Notes: generated by a model from the letters alone, not told the origin. A DNA stretch of 64,000 nucleotides from an uncultured delta proteobacterium (GCA_963845145.1 CAWJQU010000005.1:768001-832000), one strand, 5' to 3'. Shown: positions 20,014 to 30,839, counted from the first letter of the stretch. Translations and numbers: made by a program.

Positions 20014-21399
20014 ATGGAGATCAGTGATTATTTAGTCGTCGCTATGTTCATGAGCTTTATCGCTCTTCTCTTTACCGGGTTTCCCATCGCCTGGGTGTTA
20101 GGGGGTACGGCGGTGATCTTCACCGGCGTTGGTATGTTGGCCGATCTGTATCTGGATGCCTTTACCGGAATTGATTACACCGTCTACAGCATGAACGTGA
20201 ACCGCGTCTACAGGCTTATGTACAACTGGGTACTGGTGGCCCTTCCCATGTTCATCTTCATGGGCATCATGCTGGATCGATCGGGTATTGCCGAAAAGAT
20301 GATGAAGTCCATCCAGAACCTGTTTGGAAAAGTGCACGGAGGTCTGGCTGTAACGGTCTGTCTGATCGGCGTCATTCTTGCGGCTTCCACCGGAATTGTG
20401 GGTGCTTCCGTTGTTTTGTTGGGCTTGTTAACCATTCCGGCCATGATGAAACAGGGCTATTCCAAAACGTTTGCCGTTGGCACCGTCGCCGGATCGGGTA
20501 CCCTCGGCATTTTAATCCCACCTAGTATTATGCTGGTTATCATGGCCGATCAGCTGGCCCTTTCCGTCGGTGATCTTTTTATGGGAGCTGTTTTCCCGGG
20601 CCTTATTCTGGGCGGCCTCTACGTTTCATACATTATTCTCTTCGGGCTGTTCAGGCCCAATGCCGTCCCACTGGACCCGGATCGCAAACCCATTAACGTA
20701 CGCATGATCTGGGATGCTCTCAAAGATATCCTGCCGGCGGGGATGTTGATTCTTGCCGTTCTCGGCTCGATATTTGCGGGTATCACAACACCTACCGAAG
20801 CCAGTGGGGTAGGGGCTCTGGGTGCAATCGTTCTGACGATCTTCAACAAAAAATTTTCATGGACCGTTTTAAAAGAAGTAACGTCCTCCTGCTTCAATAC
20901 CACCGCTTATATCTATGGCATCCTCATCGGTGCCACGGCCTTTGCATTGGTGCTTCGTAGTTTAGGGGGCGATGAATTTATAGAAGGCATACTGCTATCG
21001 TTACCTTTTGGGCCATACGGGATTTTGGTTTTTATCCTATTTTGCGTATTTCTTCTGGGCTTTTTCCTGGATTGGATAGAAATTACTTTGATTATCCTGC
21101 CTTTGGTTGCACCGGTCATTGAAAACCTGGGGCTACCGATTAACGGCTATGGGGTTGTGGATAACCCTGCTTTGGTTTGGTTTACGATTCTGATCGCTGT
21201 AACGCTTCAAACATCGTTTCTGTCGCCTCCGGTCGGATTTGCCTTGTTCTATCTAAAAGGCATCTGTCCGCCTGAAGTGACGCTCGGTGATATTTACAAG
21301 GGGGTTATCCCATTTATCATTCTCCAATTGATCGGTTTACTCATTATCGCCTATTGGCCTCAACTCGTCACCTGGCTGCCCGCCGTCGCTTATCGCTGA
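20014..21399 (+). CDS. dctM: TRAP large permease (DctM)
   Basis: ALPMFIFMG, GTLGILIPPS, TPTEA, QTSFLSPP. Confidence 0.93.
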   Translation: MEISDYLVVAMFMSFIALLFTGFPIAWVLGGTAVIFTGVGMLADLYLDAFTGIDYTVYSMNVNRVYRLMYNWVLVALPMFIFMGIMLDRSGIAEKMMKSIQNLFGKVHGGLAVTVCLIGVILAASTGIVGASVVLLGLLTIPAMMKQGYSKTFAVGTVAGSGTLGILIPPSIMLVIMADQLALSVGDLFMGAVFPGLILGGLYVSYIILFGLFRPNAVPLDPDRKPINVRMIWDALKDILPAGMLILAVLGSIFAGITTPTEASGVGALGAIVLTIFNKKFSWTVLKEVTSSCFNTTAYIYGILIGATAFALVLRSLGGDEFIEGILLSLPFGPYGILVFILFCVFLLGFFLDWIEITLIILPLVAPVIENLGLPINGYGVVDNPALVWFTILIAVTLQTSFLSPPVGFALFYLKGICPPEVTLGDIYKGVIPFIILQLIGLLIIAYWPQLVTWLPAVAYR

Positions 21400-21417
21400 T
21401 GTATTTGGAAAATTACC

Positions 21418-21443
21418 CTATCCGGTTCTCTTGAACCGGATAG
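21418..21443. terminator. Hairpin between convergent dctM and hydrolase (likely bidirectional terminator)
   Basis: CTATCCGGTTC-TCTT-GAACCGGATAG perfect 11-bp stem. Confidence 0.7.
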
Positions 21444-21446
21444 CCA

Positions 21447-22319
21447 TTAGGCTTCAAGAAAGGCCGATATCTCGTTGTCCCTGACAATATTTGGCTGAAA
21501 TAAAATCGAGTAGTGGTTCGTCCCTTTTATATCGACACATCGTGCGTTGGGGATGTCTTCCAGCATTTTATCAACTGCGTGATCAGGCAGCAGGATATCA
21601 TCAGGGGATAGAATCCCTTCCGTTGCACGGAGGATCAGCACCGGGCAACTGAGTTTGGAATAAAATTGAGCGGTACCGGTCTCCCGTTTATTGGATACTT
21701 CTTCACGAATGTGGCGGGGCTGGATTCTTGAGCGCACACCACCCTGATCTTCTATCACATCATAGCGAAAATAGGTTTCGATTTCATCGGACCAAGGCTG
21801 AAGAAAAGGCGCCAGCTTCATGAGATCCAGATAAGCATCAACAGAAGGAAAGGTCCGCTCCAGCCGATCAATGGCGGGTTTGATGGCCTCGGTCACCTTG
21901 TCCCAATGCGCCGGGGACAAATCTCCCCCGGCATCAATCAGAATCAGCCCGGCCACCCGCTCCGGGTATCGTGCCGCGAAACCCATGGATATGTACCCAC
22001 CCAGTGAATGCCCCATCAGGATGGCATTGTCCAACTCAAGATTATCCATCACGCATTTTAAGTCCCCCAGGTGATGTTCTTCCGAATAGCCGGTTTCGGG
22101 TTTATCCGACAACCCTCTTCCCCGCAGATCCACCGCCAAAAGCCGGTGTTTGGACGCAACGGCAGGCGCAATGACATCCCAGCAACGGCAGTTTGCCGTG
22201 AGTCCGTGGACACTGATTACATTTTTCCCATGGCCGGCCCAGTCTGCCAGCTGGATGTTAACGCCGTCTCCTTTGGCGGTCATCATTGATGGTTCCGTCA
22301 TAACGATGCTCCGTTTCAT
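21447..22319 (-). CDS. Alpha/beta hydrolase (esterase), downstream of phaC
   Basis: HGLT oxyanion motif, DLRGRG.SD, GHSLG nucleophile, C-terminal His (TNHY). Confidence 0.88.
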   Translation of the reverse strand: MKRSIVMTEPSMMTAKGDGVNIQLADWAGHGKNVISVHGLTANCRCWDVIAPAVASKHRLLAVDLRGRGLSDKPETGYSEEHHLGDLKCVMDNLELDNAILMGHSLGGYISMGFAARYPERVAGLILIDAGGDLSPAHWDKVTEAIKPAIDRLERTFPSVDAYLDLMKLAPFLQPWSDEIETYFRYDVIEDQGGVRSRIQPRHIREEVSNKRETGTAQFYSKLSCPVLILRATEGILSPDDILLPDHAVDKMLEDIPNARCVDIKGTNHYSILFQPNIVRDNEISAFLEA

Positions 22320-22367
22320 TGTTAAAAATTGAATCGCTTAAGCGACCGGTATCAGCCTTTTTCCGGC

Positions 22368-23429
22368 CTAACGCGCCCGAATCCATTTTACGATTTGGGG
22401 ACAGATGGTCTTATATGACCGACTACCCACAAAGATGCCCACATGGCCGGTATCGACCGCTATCGTTTTGGTGTCTTTGGAACCCACTTTTTCGGCCAGA
22501 GGTTTTGAGGAAGCCGGCGGGGCAAGATAATCGTTTTTTCCGTATACATTAAGAAGCGGGCATCGAATGTTTCCAAGATCTACCTTTTCACCGTTGATCC
22601 TAAGTTTATTTTTTATAAGAAGATTTTTCTGGAATAGCTTTCCGATATATTCCCTGAAAACCTCCCCGGACATATCCGGACTGTCAAATATCCATTTTTC
22701 CATGCGAAGAAATGTGCTCACAAGTTTTGGGTTCTCGATATCGTCTAAAAACCGGACATATTTATTGACCGCGTCCACCGGCGTGACAAGAAGGTACAGA
22801 AAATTGGCCAGATCACCTGGAATATTGCCGAGAACATTGGCTATTTTATCGACATCAAATTTTTTAGCCCATAAAAAAAGAAGGGCGTCGTCCACATCGA
22901 AATCAGTCGGTGTCGCCAGCGTGATCAGATTTTTTACTTTTTCCGGATGAAGCGCGGTATAGATAACATTGAAAGTCCCCCCCATACATATGCCCATGAG
23001 GTTGATTTTTTCTACATTTCCATCCGATCTAATTTGGTCGATCGCCTTGTCTAAATAATAATTTAAATAATCGTCCAGCGTCAGATACCGGTCTGCACCT
23101 GTCGGATAGCCCCAATCGATTATATAAACATCCAGGCCTTTGTTCAAAAGATTTTGTACAAAACTTCTGCCCGGTTCCAGGTCGAGCATGATATGGCGAT
23201 TGATCAGGGCATACACAATCAATACCGGGGTTCGATGGATCGTTTTGGTTTTTTCAGTCGGGTAGTAATGCAGGAGTTTCATTTTATCTTCTGCAAATAC
23301 GACTTCTGCCGGGGTCTGCCCAACGTCATAATCCACATCCCCGGTGAGGACCTCCGATGCCTTGATCAGTTTCTGCGGAAAGGCCTTCAAATCCTTTTCT
23401 ACACTTTCAATGAATTCCTGGTATGGCAT
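22368..23429 (-). CDS. phaC: Class III polyhydroxyalkanoate synthase subunit PhaC
   Basis: VGQTP, P.LIVYALINR..LDL, IDWGYP, lipase box GICMGG, FLRMEKWIFDSPD, catalytic Asp (NDYL) and GHVG; 353 aa. Confidence 0.93.
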   Translation of the reverse strand: MPYQEFIESVEKDLKAFPQKLIKASEVLTGDVDYDVGQTPAEVVFAEDKMKLLHYYPTEKTKTIHRTPVLIVYALINRHIMLDLEPGRSFVQNLLNKGLDVYIIDWGYPTGADRYLTLDDYLNYYLDKAIDQIRSDGNVEKINLMGICMGGTFNVIYTALHPEKVKNLITLATPTDFDVDDALLFLWAKKFDVDKIANVLGNIPGDLANFLYLLVTPVDAVNKYVRFLDDIENPKLVSTFLRMEKWIFDSPDMSGEVFREYIGKLFQKNLLIKNKLRINGEKVDLGNIRCPLLNVYGKNDYLAPPASSKPLAEKVGSKDTKTIAVDTGHVGIFVGSRSYKTICPQIVKWIRAR

Positions 23430-24208
23430 TAAGACTTTTTCACCTTATCTGACTTTTTTTCCGCCTGGTTTTTTTTGGATGTGGGGACTGGTGATGTTTT
23501 CCGCTTACCCGATGGGGCCGTTAATCCCGCCTCAATTGACTTAATTTTATCGTTTAACCGATTTATGCATATTTGTTGGTCCGCAATCTGTTTATCCTGC
23601 TTTCGAACTTGTTTTTTTAACTGATACATATTCCTATAGACGTCCTCCATCTCTTTTGTCGTGGGTATGGAGAATGATTTTAGCCAAACATCCTTGGCCC
23701 CATCCGATTTTTCCCGGTAGGTCACATAACTTTGAATGACTTCGGCGACATCCTGAACGCCCTCCGGTGATTTAAGATAATCGTCATAATCCTTCTCGAG
23801 AATGCCGATTGTTAAGTCATAAAACGCTTGTGGGCTTTTAAAGCCATTTTCTGAGACCTCTTTGGATTTCAGTACCTGATCCAAATTATTAAACGATTTT
23901 TCCATCGGCCGGCTGAATTTTACTAAAAAATCACTTAACGCGGCTGTAAATTGCTGGTGCCCGTCCGTTGCATCCATCAGTTGATGCAAGACCTCTCTAT
24001 AAACACCCAACTGGGGACCTTTTAGGAATTTGCCCGCAACTTCTTTATAAAACAGAAGATAGTTTTCAGGCAGCCCCCGAACCATTTTCTCCCAACGCTC
24101 ATCACGGTTTTCTGTTCCCGAATTAAATACTGTTTTTAATAATTCACAGTATAGTGATCCACTGTGAAGCATTTTTTCGAATATTTTGTTTTGGGTATCG
24201 GTATCCAT
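23429..24208 (-). CDS. phaE: Class III PHA synthase subunit PhaE
   Basis: PQLG.YRE, IPTTKEMEDVYR followed by coiled coil; TAATG coupling to phaC; start uncertain (24208 or 24256). Confidence 0.8.
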   Translation of the reverse strand: MDTDTQNKIFEKMLHSGSLYCELLKTVFNSGTENRDERWEKMVRGLPENYLLFYKEVAGKFLKGPQLGVYREVLHQLMDATDGHQQFTAALSDFLVKFSRPMEKSFNNLDQVLKSKEVSENGFKSPQAFYDLTIGILEKDYDDYLKSPEGVQDVAEVIQSYVTYREKSDGAKDVWLKSFSIPTTKEMEDVYRNMYQLKKQVRKQDKQIADQQICINRLNDKIKSIEAGLTAPSGKRKTSPVPTSKKNQAEKKSDKVKKS

Positions 24209-24233
24209 AAAAACTTTCCGTAAAAACTTTCCG

Positions 24234-25757
24234 TTATTCATTATCCGCTTGGCCATGCTTTTCTTTGAGCAGAAATTTCTGGATCTTACCGGACGCTGCC
24301 GTTCGGGGCAGCGCCTTCATCACGGTCATATATTTAGGAATTTTAAATTTTCCCAGCCGGTCTTTAAGAAAATCCTGAAGTTCCATCAGTGTCACCGACG
24401 CTTCCTCTTTTAACTCCACCAACGCTTTTCCCACCTCGCCCCATTTGTCGTCGGCAACACCGATCACGGCAGCAGCAGCGATCTTCGGATGCATCTCGAT
24501 CACCCGTTCAATCTCCGCCGGATAAATATTGATCCCCCCTGAGATCAGCATATCTTTTTTACGACCGACAATGGCAAGGTGGCCGTCTTCATCCACACTT
24601 GCCAGATCTCCGGTGGAAAACCAGCCATTCTCCATGGCCGCCTCGGTTTCCTTCGGCTTGTTCCAGTACCCGGCGCACAGGTGGTCGCCGCGGATCAGGA
24701 GTTCCCCTTCGCCGCCTTGCGGCACTTCATTTCCCTTGGGGTCTGTGATCTTGATATCCACATGGAACATGGGATGGCCGACACGACCCAGTTTTCCATT
24801 GGCTAAAAAATTATTCGGTCCCGCTTCGGTCAGGCCATAACCTTCCCAGAGGTGAATTTTTTTTCGTTTTTGGAAAACATCGGCAATCGTTTTTGGCAAT
24901 GGCGCCCCCCCGGATACCATAAAGCGGATGGAGGAAAGATCGGCCTGGGCAAAACGAGGGGAGTCGATCAGCATTTGAAACATGGTCGGCACACCAAAAA
25001 ACAGTGTCAGGCGTTCATTTTCGATAAGATCTAAAACCAGATCGGCCTCAAAGGTTCGAATCAATACATTGGTCCCCCGGCAGTGAAAAAGCGGCAGGGT
25101 AAAGATATTCCAGCCTGCCGTGTAAAACAGGGCCGCGTGGAGCACCGTACGATCATCGGAACGAAGATCCCATCCGATATTGGTGTTAAAAGAGTTCCAA
25201 GTCGTCATCTGGTGGGTCAGGATGACCCCTTTGGGCAAACCAGTCGTGCCGGAGGTATAAATGATCACCTGGGGGTCGCCGGCCTCAATGTGAACCGGCG
25301 GGGGCGGTTTACTGGAAAGATCGTCCCAAACTTCTGCCAGGCTTTTACCGCTGGTGGTGTCGGAATCAAAACAGACGGCATACTTCACGCCCACTCTTTG
25401 TTTCAAACCTTCTACAATTGACTGATGATGCACATCGAAAAAAAAGGCCGCCGGCTCCGCATCTTCCAGAAAATAGATATACTCCTCACGGGCCAGTCGA
25501 AAATTTAACGGAACCAGGATCGCCCCCAATCGACTGGTTGCAAAAAATAAAATGATATACTCGGTACGATTCAATGCTAAAACGGCCACTCGATCGCCTT
25601 TGACGATGCCAAGTTCCATGCGTAGAAAATTGGCCATGCGGTGAACCGCATCGGCCAGATCGCCATAGGTGTAGCGCTTATTTGTGATGGCATCATATAA
25701 CGCTTCCTTTTCTGGAAAACTGGTTCCCCACCGCCCAATCCAGTCACCGTAAAGCAT
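24234..25757 (-). CDS. AMP-forming acyl-CoA ligase
   Basis: YTSGTTGLPKG, GYGLTE, TGDL, GRKKDMLISGG. Confidence 0.93.
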   Translation of the reverse strand: MLYGDWIGRWGTSFPEKEALYDAITNKRYTYGDLADAVHRMANFLRMELGIVKGDRVAVLALNRTEYIILFFATSRLGAILVPLNFRLAREEYIYFLEDAEPAAFFFDVHHQSIVEGLKQRVGVKYAVCFDSDTTSGKSLAEVWDDLSSKPPPPVHIEAGDPQVIIYTSGTTGLPKGVILTHQMTTWNSFNTNIGWDLRSDDRTVLHAALFYTAGWNIFTLPLFHCRGTNVLIRTFEADLVLDLIENERLTLFFGVPTMFQMLIDSPRFAQADLSSIRFMVSGGAPLPKTIADVFQKRKKIHLWEGYGLTEAGPNNFLANGKLGRVGHPMFHVDIKITDPKGNEVPQGGEGELLIRGDHLCAGYWNKPKETEAAMENGWFSTGDLASVDEDGHLAIVGRKKDMLISGGINIYPAEIERVIEMHPKIAAAAVIGVADDKWGEVGKALVELKEEASVTLMELQDFLKDRLGKFKIPKYMTVMKALPRTAASGKIQKFLLKEKHGQADNE

Positions 25758-25837
25758 CTGTTCAGCCCTCCTCTATCCGCTGGCCTAAATTCAATGATGC
25801 CAACCTCGCAAATAAGCCATGATCAAATGTCCCCATT

Positions 25838-26935
25838 TTAGTCGGAAGACGTCGCCTTTCGTTGTAGTAGGAAATCCTGAATCGTACCAATGATGCCCTT
25901 GGGAAAGAAAAAGACCACCAAAATGAACAATACACCGAAAATCAGCAGCCATCTTTCCATGACAGAATGAAGCAGGTGCGCATTGGGTAGCAGGCTTTGG
26001 GTCAAATTCTGAAGATCAGGCAAAAACGTATATGCGATCATCAAAAATGCGGCACCGGCCAGGCCGCCGTAAAGCGTCCCCATGCCGCCGATGATCACCA
26101 TCAAAAGGACATCGAGCATGATAGGGATACCCAAAACAGACTCCGGGTTGGCATAAGCGACCCACATAACATACAACCCGCCGAGAATGGTGGCGACCAG
26201 GCATCCAAAGCAGATGGAGATCGCCTTAAATACAAACGTTTTGTAGCCGATGGCTTCCGCGCGGGGTTCATTGTCACGAATGGCTTGCAATACGCGGCCC
26301 AGGGGCGAGTCGATGAACCGCACCATCAATAGAAATAGGCTCAAAGCGACAACGAAGACAAAATAGTAGGTTATAATTCTTCCTTTAATTTCGAGACCTA
26401 AAAACGTCCCCATTTGATACGACGTTTTAAATATACCCGGCATGCTGATGAGAATGCCATCTTCCCCGCCGGTAAACCCACTAAGTTTGGTAGCAATAAT
26501 GATTGCAAATTCGGCGATCGCCAGCGTGACCATGGCAAAAAAGATCGCTTTCACCCGCAGCGACAGAAAACTGATCAGCATCGCCAAAATAAGTGTAATA
26601 CCCATGGCGATGATGAAACCGATCAACAAATTGATATAACTGGGGCTTCCATATTTTCCCACGAGCATGGCGACACTGTAGGAGCCGATTCCGAAAAACA
26701 TCACATGCCCAAAACTCAAGATTCCCGTATAACCAAGCAGGATATCGAAGCTGGTCACTAGAACAGCAAATATCATAATTTTTAGGGCCAGATCGATCAC
26801 CTTGAAAGATGGAAATACAAACGGCACCATAAAAAATATGACCACCAGCGCTATCTTAAGATAGAATGTACCGGTCTTAAAATATTTGTCTTTCTCTTCC
26901 CGCCGAAAGATCTGAACGGGTGTCAACTCAGCCAT
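25838..26935 (-). CDS. LIV-family ABC permease (LivM-like)
   Basis: LLGYTGILSFGH, FFAMVTLA, AIRDNE, IIGGMGT. Confidence 0.92.
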   Translation of the reverse strand: MAELTPVQIFRREEKDKYFKTGTFYLKIALVVIFFMVPFVFPSFKVIDLALKIMIFAVLVTSFDILLGYTGILSFGHVMFFGIGSYSVAMLVGKYGSPSYINLLIGFIIAMGITLILAMLISFLSLRVKAIFFAMVTLAIAEFAIIIATKLSGFTGGEDGILISMPGIFKTSYQMGTFLGLEIKGRIITYYFVFVVALSLFLLMVRFIDSPLGRVLQAIRDNEPRAEAIGYKTFVFKAISICFGCLVATILGGLYVMWVAYANPESVLGIPIMLDVLLMVIIGGMGTLYGGLAGAAFLMIAYTFLPDLQNLTQSLLPNAHLLHSVMERWLLIFGVLFILVVFFFPKGIIGTIQDFLLQRKATSSD

Positions 26936-26947
26936 CGTGCTACCTCT

Positions 26948-27937
26948 TTATTTGCCTGCTGCGAAAAGCCCTGTGGGTTTAATGAGTAAAATGACCACCA
27001 TGATGAGTATGTTTACCCCCATGGCGAGCGGCGGAAACAGGTAGGCCACGTAATTGTAAGATAATCCTACAATAAGTGCGCCCACCAACGAACCGGTAAT
27101 GCTTCCCAGCCCCCCGATGATCACAACGATGAAAGCAAAAATGAGGTAGGCACCCCCCATTTCCGAATAAACCTGCTGGGTGAACATGGACATGGTTACG
27201 CCGCCTACGGCGGCAAGTCCCGCGCCAACGGCAAATACCGCCGTGAACAGCAGATAAACATTATGCCCCATCGCCTGAACCATATCGGGATCTTCCACGC
27301 CTGCGCGCACGATTTTGCCCACCTTCGTATTTTTTAATACAAATTGAATGATGCCATAAACCATCAAGCCGATAACAATAGCGATAATCGGATATTTTAA
27401 AACAATCACATCGAAGATATCCCAATTGCCCTTGAAGGTTGCCGGGACCGGCATGACCTCGTCATTGGGACCCCAGACAATTTTAATCAGTTCGGTCAAC
27501 ACCACCATTCCGCCAAACGTGATGAGAATCTGAAACAAATGCGACCCATATACGCGTCGGACCAGTACACGCTCCACCACAATTCCCACTCCGGCGACGA
27601 CGATCATGGCCGCGACTATGGCCATGAAAAATACAAGAAGGTTTTTGAGGACCGAAGGGGCGACCACCAAAGATTCGAAATATTTAAACACGGTAAAAGC
27701 GACATAAGCTCCCCAGGCGAAGCATACCCCGTGGGCAAAATTGATCACATCCATCAAGCCGAAAATCAGGCTGAGACCTGAAGCGATCAAAAATAACATC
27801 ATTCCCACGGCGACCCCGGCAATGGTCAGGGTTAGGTAGGTTTTAAAATCCATTCCCAAAAGAGGTAGCAAAAATAGAGTCATGGCTCCCAGGATGAAAA
27901 ATTCCCGACCCCGACGCTGTAAAATGGTTTCCGCCAT
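26948..27937 (-). CDS. LIV-family ABC permease (LivH-like)
   Basis: GLSLIFGLMDVINFAHG, IIGGLGS, KPTGLF. Confidence 0.92.
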   Translation of the reverse strand: MAETILQRRGREFFILGAMTLFLLPLLGMDFKTYLTLTIAGVAVGMMLFLIASGLSLIFGLMDVINFAHGVCFAWGAYVAFTVFKYFESLVVAPSVLKNLLVFFMAIVAAMIVVAGVGIVVERVLVRRVYGSHLFQILITFGGMVVLTELIKIVWGPNDEVMPVPATFKGNWDIFDVIVLKYPIIAIVIGLMVYGIIQFVLKNTKVGKIVRAGVEDPDMVQAMGHNVYLLFTAVFAVGAGLAAVGGVTMSMFTQQVYSEMGGAYLIFAFIVVIIGGLGSITGSLVGALIVGLSYNYVAYLFPPLAMGVNILIMVVILLIKPTGLFAAGK

Positions 27938-27971
27938 GAGAGGTTATCCCTTTTTTATGCCTAAATTAATC

Positions 27972-28688
27972 CTATATCCCCGAGATACCGAGGTACTTGC
28001 TTTGCAGTTCTTTGTCGACGACCAGATCCGCCATCATCCCGCTGTGCACGACTTTTCCGTCATCTAGAATATGAAAGGTGTCGCCGACACTGCTGGCCAT
28101 GTAAAAATTCTGTTCCACCAGCACAACCACGCTATGTTGCTTGATCTGGTTGATGGCATTGATCAGGGCGTCGATAACGATGGGTGCCAAACCTTTGGTC
28201 GGTTCATCGATAAGCAGCAGGGTGATGTCGTTGACGATGGCCCGGGCAATGGCCAGCATCTGTTTCTGCCCGCCGCTAAGGTTTCCCGCCTTTGACTTCC
28301 AAAATTTTTTTAGGGCGGTAAACATTTCCAATATATGTTCCAGCCGCTGTTTCGATTCTGCGTCTTCACGAAGCATGGCGACCTGCATATTTTCTTCAAC
28401 CGTCAAGTCAGTGAAGATCCCCATGTGTTCAGGCACAAAACCAATTCCCAACCTGGCGATGTCATACGGTTTTTTATTTTGAATCTCATCGCCTTTGAAG
28501 AGAATTTTTCCTTGGGACGCCGGCAGAAGCCCCATGATGGTTTTTAAGGTCGAGCTTTTACCCGCGCCGTTTCGACCGATCAGAACAGTGACGCCATCGG
28601 CCTGGGCTTCAAAGGTTATGCCTTGCAGGATGTGGTGTTCACCGATATGGGTGTGAACGGCTTCGGCTGTTAAGATCGTCTCACTCAC
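27972..28688 (-). CDS. LIV-family ABC ATP-binding protein (LivF-like)
   Basis: GRNGAGKSS, LSGGQKQM, DEPTKGL; likely GTG start 28688. Confidence 0.92.
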   Translation of the reverse strand: MSETILTAEAVHTHIGEHHILQGITFEAQADGVTVLIGRNGAGKSSTLKTIMGLLPASQGKILFKGDEIQNKKPYDIARLGIGFVPEHMGIFTDLTVEENMQVAMLREDAESKQRLEHILEMFTALKKFWKSKAGNLSGGQKQMLAIARAIVNDITLLLIDEPTKGLAPIVIDALINAINQIKQHSVVVLVEQNFYMASSVGDTFHILDDGKVVHSGMMADLVVDKELQSKYLGISGI

Positions 28689-29457
28689 GCTTGGTACCTC
28701 CGCCCAAATAGGCCTGTTGGACCGCCTCACTGCGATAGATCTCCTCCGGTTCGCCGTCGGCAATGAGTTTCCCCTCTTGGAGGACCATGATGGTATCCGA
28801 AAGCGACATGATCATATCCATTTTATGCTCCACCAGGAGCATCGTTCTGTTTCGGCCGTCCTTTATTTTTTGGAGCAGTTCCAAAATCGTCGGTACTTCC
28901 TCCTGGCTCATCCCTGCGGTCGGTTCATCCAAAAAGAGAATCTCGGATTCAAGCGCCAGCAAAATGGCAATTTCCAGTTTTCGTTTTTCGCCATGGGTCA
29001 AGGCCGCAGAGTTGGCATTCCATTTATCAGCGAGGAGTACATCTTCAAGAATACCATACGCCTCATCTTCCGCATCAGAAAAGTGCAGGTAGCTTCGCCA
29101 AAAATTCAATCCAAACCCTTGGCGCGACTGGACCGCTACCCTGACGTTTTCCAAAACGGTTAAGAGGGGAAAAATATTGGTCAATTGAAAGGATCGCCCC
29201 ATGCCCAGTTTGGTCCGCTCCGAAGGGCTCAATTTGGAAATATCCCTCCCTTTTAACAATACATGTCCCTCGGACTGTTTGTACTGCCCGGTCAGCATAT
29301 TGAAAAAGGTGGTTTTTCCCGCGCCATTGGGGCCGATGATCGCCTTAAGGGTAAAAGGTGCCATTTGAAAATTCACATGATCCACTGCCACATGGCCGCC
29401 AAAGCGTATCGTCAGATCCCTCGTTTCCAAGATGGGTTTTGTCTTTTCATCTACCAT
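28681..29457 (-). CDS. LIV-family ABC ATP-binding protein (LivG-like)
   Basis: GPNGAGKTT, GRSFQ, LDEPTAG, VEH. Confidence 0.92.
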   Translation of the reverse strand: MVDEKTKPILETRDLTIRFGGHVAVDHVNFQMAPFTLKAIIGPNGAGKTTFFNMLTGQYKQSEGHVLLKGRDISKLSPSERTKLGMGRSFQLTNIFPLLTVLENVRVAVQSRQGFGLNFWRSYLHFSDAEDEAYGILEDVLLADKWNANSAALTHGEKRKLEIAILLALESEILFLDEPTAGMSQEEVPTILELLQKIKDGRNRTMLLVEHKMDMIMSLSDTIMVLQEGKLIADGEPEEIYRSEAVQQAYLGGGTKRE

Positions 29458-29503
29458 ATTGCGGTCTGTGGGAGTTCCCCAAAGCCTCCTTCAAATGCCA
29501 TTT

Positions 29504-29557
29504 CCTGCCCACCCGGCTGTCAGGCAGATCCCATCTTCGACAGCACGGGTGTGCAGG
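29504..29557 (-). terminator. Intergenic stem-loop after the binding-protein gene
   Basis: CCTGCCCACCCGGCTGTC ... GACAGCACGGGTGTGCAGG imperfect inverted repeat. Confidence 0.5.
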
Positions 29558-29569
29558 TAGTGCGGTCCA

Positions 29570-30769
29570 CTATTTTTTATTCATGATCGGCGGTGCGGTC
29601 TCTTCGGGGCTCAACTCCCGCGTAAGAACCGGGATCGCCCACGCCACATCCGGCTTCACATCCAGTTTAAATGCAAACATGGATTGAAGGGCTTGATGGT
29701 CTTCCTTTCGAAAGGTCATCTCCCCTTTGGGTGTCATGAAACTGATCCCTTCCATGGCGTCAATTAGCTTTTCCGTATCCGTTGAACCGGCTTTGGTGAT
29801 GGCCGCAACGACGGCGCTGGCAGCCGCGAAGCCACCACAGGTAAAGAAATCGGGCGGTTCATTAAACCGTTTCATATGCTCGGTCACAAACCAGTCGTTG
29901 ACCTTATTTTTTGGATTTTCATAGTAGTAGTAAATGGAACCTTCCATTCCCTTGAGCGCTTTCATCCCTTTCAGGGCGGCGAGCACGTTGCCGCCACTGG
30001 CGATCTGGATCCCATACTTATCAAGCCCACTATCGATGAGCTGGTTCATCGGACCGCCCTTGCCGGCCCATATAAAAAAGACATATTTGGGTTCCGGCAT
30101 ATCCTTGAGGGCCCCAATGACTTTTTGGATGGTTGCGGTAAAATCGGTCGCTTTGGGATCGGCATATTCCTCATGCACAACCTTGGCACCAAGATTTTCG
30201 GCCGCCTTTTTATACGCTGCCACACCGTCACGTCCAAAGGCATAGTCCTGGGCAATAGTGGCAATGCTGACGCCCGGCTTCGCTACTGCCACCGCATTGG
30301 AGATGGCGTCCTGGCTTGAATTTCGACCGGTTCGAAAGATATAGCGATTCCAGTTAGCGCCGGTAATCGAATCGGCTACCGCCGGCTCAACGATCAGGAT
30401 CTTTTTAAATTCTTCGGCGGTCGAAAGACACGCCAACGCCACACCGCTGCTCGTTGGTCCAACGGCGATGTCCACCTTGTCATCGCTATAAAACTTAGTC
30501 AGGAGCATTTTAGCCCTGGCCGGTTTGAGTTGGGTGTCTTCGACAATGAGTTCGACATCCCTATCCATAATCTTATTGGTCCCTTTGGTGAAATATTCCA
30601 AGCCCATTTTAAAACCGGTCACTTCAGCCTTGCCGTAAATCTCATAAGGACCACTTAGCCCTTGCATAATCCCAATTTTAATCGGGTCGGCGGCCATTGC
30701 CTGAGGTAATACTAAAGCGATTGTCAAAAAAATGGTTATTAAACCGTACATAGATGTTTTTCTGTTCAT
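29570..30769 (-). CDS. LIV-family ABC substrate-binding protein
   Basis: Signal peptide, ADPIKIG, EPAVADSITG.NWNRYIFRTGRNSSQDA, FRKEDHQALQ. Confidence 0.92.
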   Translation of the reverse strand: MNRKTSMYGLITIFLTIALVLPQAMAADPIKIGIMQGLSGPYEIYGKAEVTGFKMGLEYFTKGTNKIMDRDVELIVEDTQLKPARAKMLLTKFYSDDKVDIAVGPTSSGVALACLSTAEEFKKILIVEPAVADSITGANWNRYIFRTGRNSSQDAISNAVAVAKPGVSIATIAQDYAFGRDGVAAYKKAAENLGAKVVHEEYADPKATDFTATIQKVIGALKDMPEPKYVFFIWAGKGGPMNQLIDSGLDKYGIQIASGGNVLAALKGMKALKGMEGSIYYYYENPKNKVNDWFVTEHMKRFNEPPDFFTCGGFAAASAVVAAITKAGSTDTEKLIDAMEGISFMTPKGEMTFRKEDHQALQSMFAFKLDVKPDVAWAIPVLTRELSPEETAPPIMNKK

Positions 30770-30839
30770 CTTTCCCCTCCTTTTGGTTGGTATGACTTTG
30801 AAAAAAAGTAAACCGAAATTTCGGTGGCAGTTTACCGGC

